A DNA stretch of 64,000 bases from an uncultured Actinomycetota bacterium (GTDB lineage: Bacteria; Actinomycetota; Actinomycetes; JAHEKZ01): the NCBI GenBank assembly GCA_963718235.1, contig CAVQYR010000001.1, positions 2,176,001 to 2,240,000 of the forward strand, in the 5' to 3' direction. The position numbers and the translations under genes were made by a program. This document shows, piece by piece, positions 57,580 through 64,000 of this stretch. Below the pieces are notes generated by a model, which was not told the DNA's origin, made no database searches, and saw nothing but the letters and a program-made list of their open reading frames with translations. Position 1 is the first letter of the stretch. Each line of letters begins with the position of its first letter.

Positions 57580-57770
57580 CGCTCCGACCTCGGCAGCTCC
57601 AGCGCGTCGGCCACGGCCCGCCACACGGTCTTGGTGTCCTCGCCCGACTCGAGCGCCTCGTCCACGGTGCGGCCCCCGAGCTGGGGCAGCACGTGGTCGT
57701 GGGCGAACGACGCCGCGTAACCGTCGCCCAGATGCAGTCGCATCCTTCGCCAGAACTCGGTCAGTCGCAC
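57576..57770 (-). CDS. DUF3046 family protein
   Basis: RLTEFWRRM...DHVLPQLGGRTVDEAL..G..TKTVWRAV. Confidence 0.85.
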   Translation of the reverse strand: MRLTEFWRRMRLHLGDGYAASFAHDHVLPQLGGRTVDEALESGEDTKTVWRAVADALELPRSER

Positions 57771-57780
57771 GGCGGCGACG

Positions 57781-58518
57781 CTACCGGTCAGCAGCGGCGG
57801 CGACGTGCCGCCCTGCGGCCCGCCGACTACGACGCCGGGCGAGAACCAGCAGCGCCACCAGCACCGCACCTGCGGCCATCGCCAGCCCCACGACGAGGCG
57901 AGCGCCGAAGGAGCCGGACGCTGTGGCCTGCGCAGAGGCCCGGGGGATCGACACCTCGCCCAGCGGCAGGTCCCACATGACGCTCCGACCTTCCACCGTC
58001 CCGTTGCTGGCGGTCACCAGGCCCGGGAAGGTGAGCTGCAGCGAGACCGACGCGTCGCGAAGGAGCCGCTGGGCCACGCGGTCGTCAGCCACCCCCAGCG
58101 CGGCCGGCCGAAGGTCGACCTCCCCGGCCACCTCGTACCGGTCACCTTCGCGGGTGATCTGCAGCACCGGCGGCGAACCGGCGGAACCCGGGCCGAAGGC
58201 CTCCAGACCCACCTCGTCGAGCACGACCCGCACCCCCACGCGCCCGCCGTCGGCGTAGGGCTCCGTCGTGACCTTTCCGGACGGCGGTTCGCTGGGGAGC
58301 ACGTCCTCGACGAGTCCGGCCACCACGTCGTCGACCGGCCCCGACTGCGCCACGACCTCACGGTCCACGGCGACGACCGCCGCGCCACTGACGGTGTCCT
58401 CGGCCGAGACGGTGAGGTCGACGTCGGCGGTGAAGCAGCCGCACAGCACCAGCGACGACCCGACCACCCACGACGCGAGACCCACTCCTCGGCGCAGCCT
58501 CGTTCCGACCTTGGACAC
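57781..58518 (-). CDS. LppM/DUF3153 family lipoprotein
   Basis: LCGC lipobox-like motif, DLTVSAEDTVSG, TFPGLVTASNG, C-terminal TM helix. Confidence 0.75.
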   Translation of the reverse strand: MSKVGTRLRRGVGLASWVVGSSLVLCGCFTADVDLTVSAEDTVSGAAVVAVDREVVAQSGPVDDVVAGLVEDVLPSEPPSGKVTTEPYADGGRVGVRVVLDEVGLEAFGPGSAGSPPVLQITREGDRYEVAGEVDLRPAALGVADDRVAQRLLRDASVSLQLTFPGLVTASNGTVEGRSVMWDLPLGEVSIPRASAQATASGSFGARLVVGLAMAAGAVLVALLVLARRRSRRAAGRHVAAAADR

Positions 58519-58560
58519 CCGGTCATCCCAGCGCACCCGGTTCGCCGGGCCACCGGCGGG

Positions 58561-58582
58561 TGTCGGTGGGTCAGGGGACAAT
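58561..58582 (+). promoter_or_regulatory. PafBC-type promoter of lhr (leaderless)
   Basis: TGTCGG-N10-GACAAT, 6 nt before the GTG start at 58589. Confidence 0.6.
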
Positions 58583-58588
58583 GGCCCG

Positions 58589-63149
<4,561 letters not shown>

Positions 63150-63219
63150 GCCACAGACACCTGGTGGAACGGTCACCGCGCCTGGCGCGGCAACCCGACC
63201 ACCAGCTGGGTCGGCCCGG

Positions 63220-63825
63220 TCAGGGGGTGACCGGCACCCTGGGCAGGGCCTGGGCCAGCAGCGCGGCCTCGGCCCGACGGGTCGGGGCGTCACCGGGCGT
63301 GACGGCCGCTGACAGCAGCCAGCGCAGCACGAGGTCGACCGCGGCGCCCTCGACCGGCTGGGCTACCCCGGCGACGTCGACCCCATGCCGCTCGAGCAGC
63401 GCGGCCAGCCTGGAGCGCGCGTCGTCGAAGACCGGGTCGTCCTGCACCCGAAGCAGCCTCCCGATCACCACCGGCTCGTGGTCGGCCACCGCACGAATGA
63501 CCTCGTCGTCGCCCGCCGCCTCTGCAGCGGCAGCCAGGGCGAGCTCAGCCGTGGGCTCGGCGCAGGCAGCGGCGTCGACCCGCTCGAGCAGGTCGCGGGC
63601 CACCAGCGCAAGGAGGTCGGGCTTGCTGCGGACGTGGTTGTAGACGGTGGCCTTGGCGACGCCGCCGAGGTCGGCGACGGTGGCCATCGAGAGCCGCCGG
63701 AGGCCGTCGCGCACGATCCCGGCACGGGCGCCGGCGACGATCCCGGACCGGGTCCGCTGCATGGGGCTCCCGGAGCGCGCATGGCCGGACCGCGAAGCCG
63801 GCCGGTCCGCGGTGACGCTGGTCAC
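63220..63825 (-). CDS. TetR/AcrR family regulator
   Basis: SMATVADLGGVAKATVYNHVRSKPDL HTH. Confidence 0.88.
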   Translation of the reverse strand: MTSVTADRPASRSGHARSGSPMQRTRSGIVAGARAGIVRDGLRRLSMATVADLGGVAKATVYNHVRSKPDLLALVARDLLERVDAAACAEPTAELALAAAAEAAGDDEVIRAVADHEPVVIGRLLRVQDDPVFDDARSRLAALLERHGVDVAGVAQPVEGAAVDLVLRWLLSAAVTPGDAPTRRAEAALLAQALPRVPVTP

Positions 63826-63837
63826 GACTCAGGACGG

Positions 63838-64000
63838 TCAGGCGGCGGCAACGACGTCGGGCTTCGGCGTGCCGTCGGAGTCGGAGGGGGCGAGGGGTCC
63901 GACCACCCCGGCGGCGAGCTCGGCCAGCGCAATGTCGTCGCTGACCGCGCGCAGCAGCTGCGACAGCGGCACGTCGAGCGCGCCGCAGATGGCACCGAGG
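63838..64000 (-). CDS. ClgR-like XRE regulator, C-terminal part (truncated by the window edge)
   Basis: My translation: LGAICGALDVPLSQLLRAVSDDIALAE...DVVAAA*, resembling the ClgR tail ending in Ala-Ala. Confidence 0.65.
   Translation of the reverse strand, partial: LGAICGALDVPLSQLLRAVSDDIALAELAAGVVGPLAPSDSDGTPKPDVVAAA

Overview
High-GC Actinomycetota chromosomal segment. The right part (~26.8-64 kb) is the conserved actinobacterial SOS/DNA-metabolism neighbourhood: nrdJ-nrdR, LysM protein, lexA, DinG, hflX-dapF-miaA-miaB, recX-recA, Lhr and a partial ClgR-like regulator. recA carries a 363-aa LAGLIDADG intein, and LexA boxes, NrdR boxes and PafBC-type promoters are recognisable. The left part (~1-26.7 kb) is accessory. 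It holds sbtA-sbtB, a GT2 synthase, WS/DGAT, an arylsulfatase, and two convergent cyclase-STAND-TPR proteins. Those two enclose an HhH-GPD gene, a Phd-HicB/HicA-like toxin-antitoxin pair with a 9-bp operator array, and a VOC gene. A NERD nuclease and a restriction-fold ORF interrupted by a stop codon follow. Six frame breaks in five genes are all single-base insertions, which suggests sequencing error rather than real decay. No rRNA, tRNA, CRISPR array or transposase was recognised. All calls come from reading motifs by eye; no database search was run.
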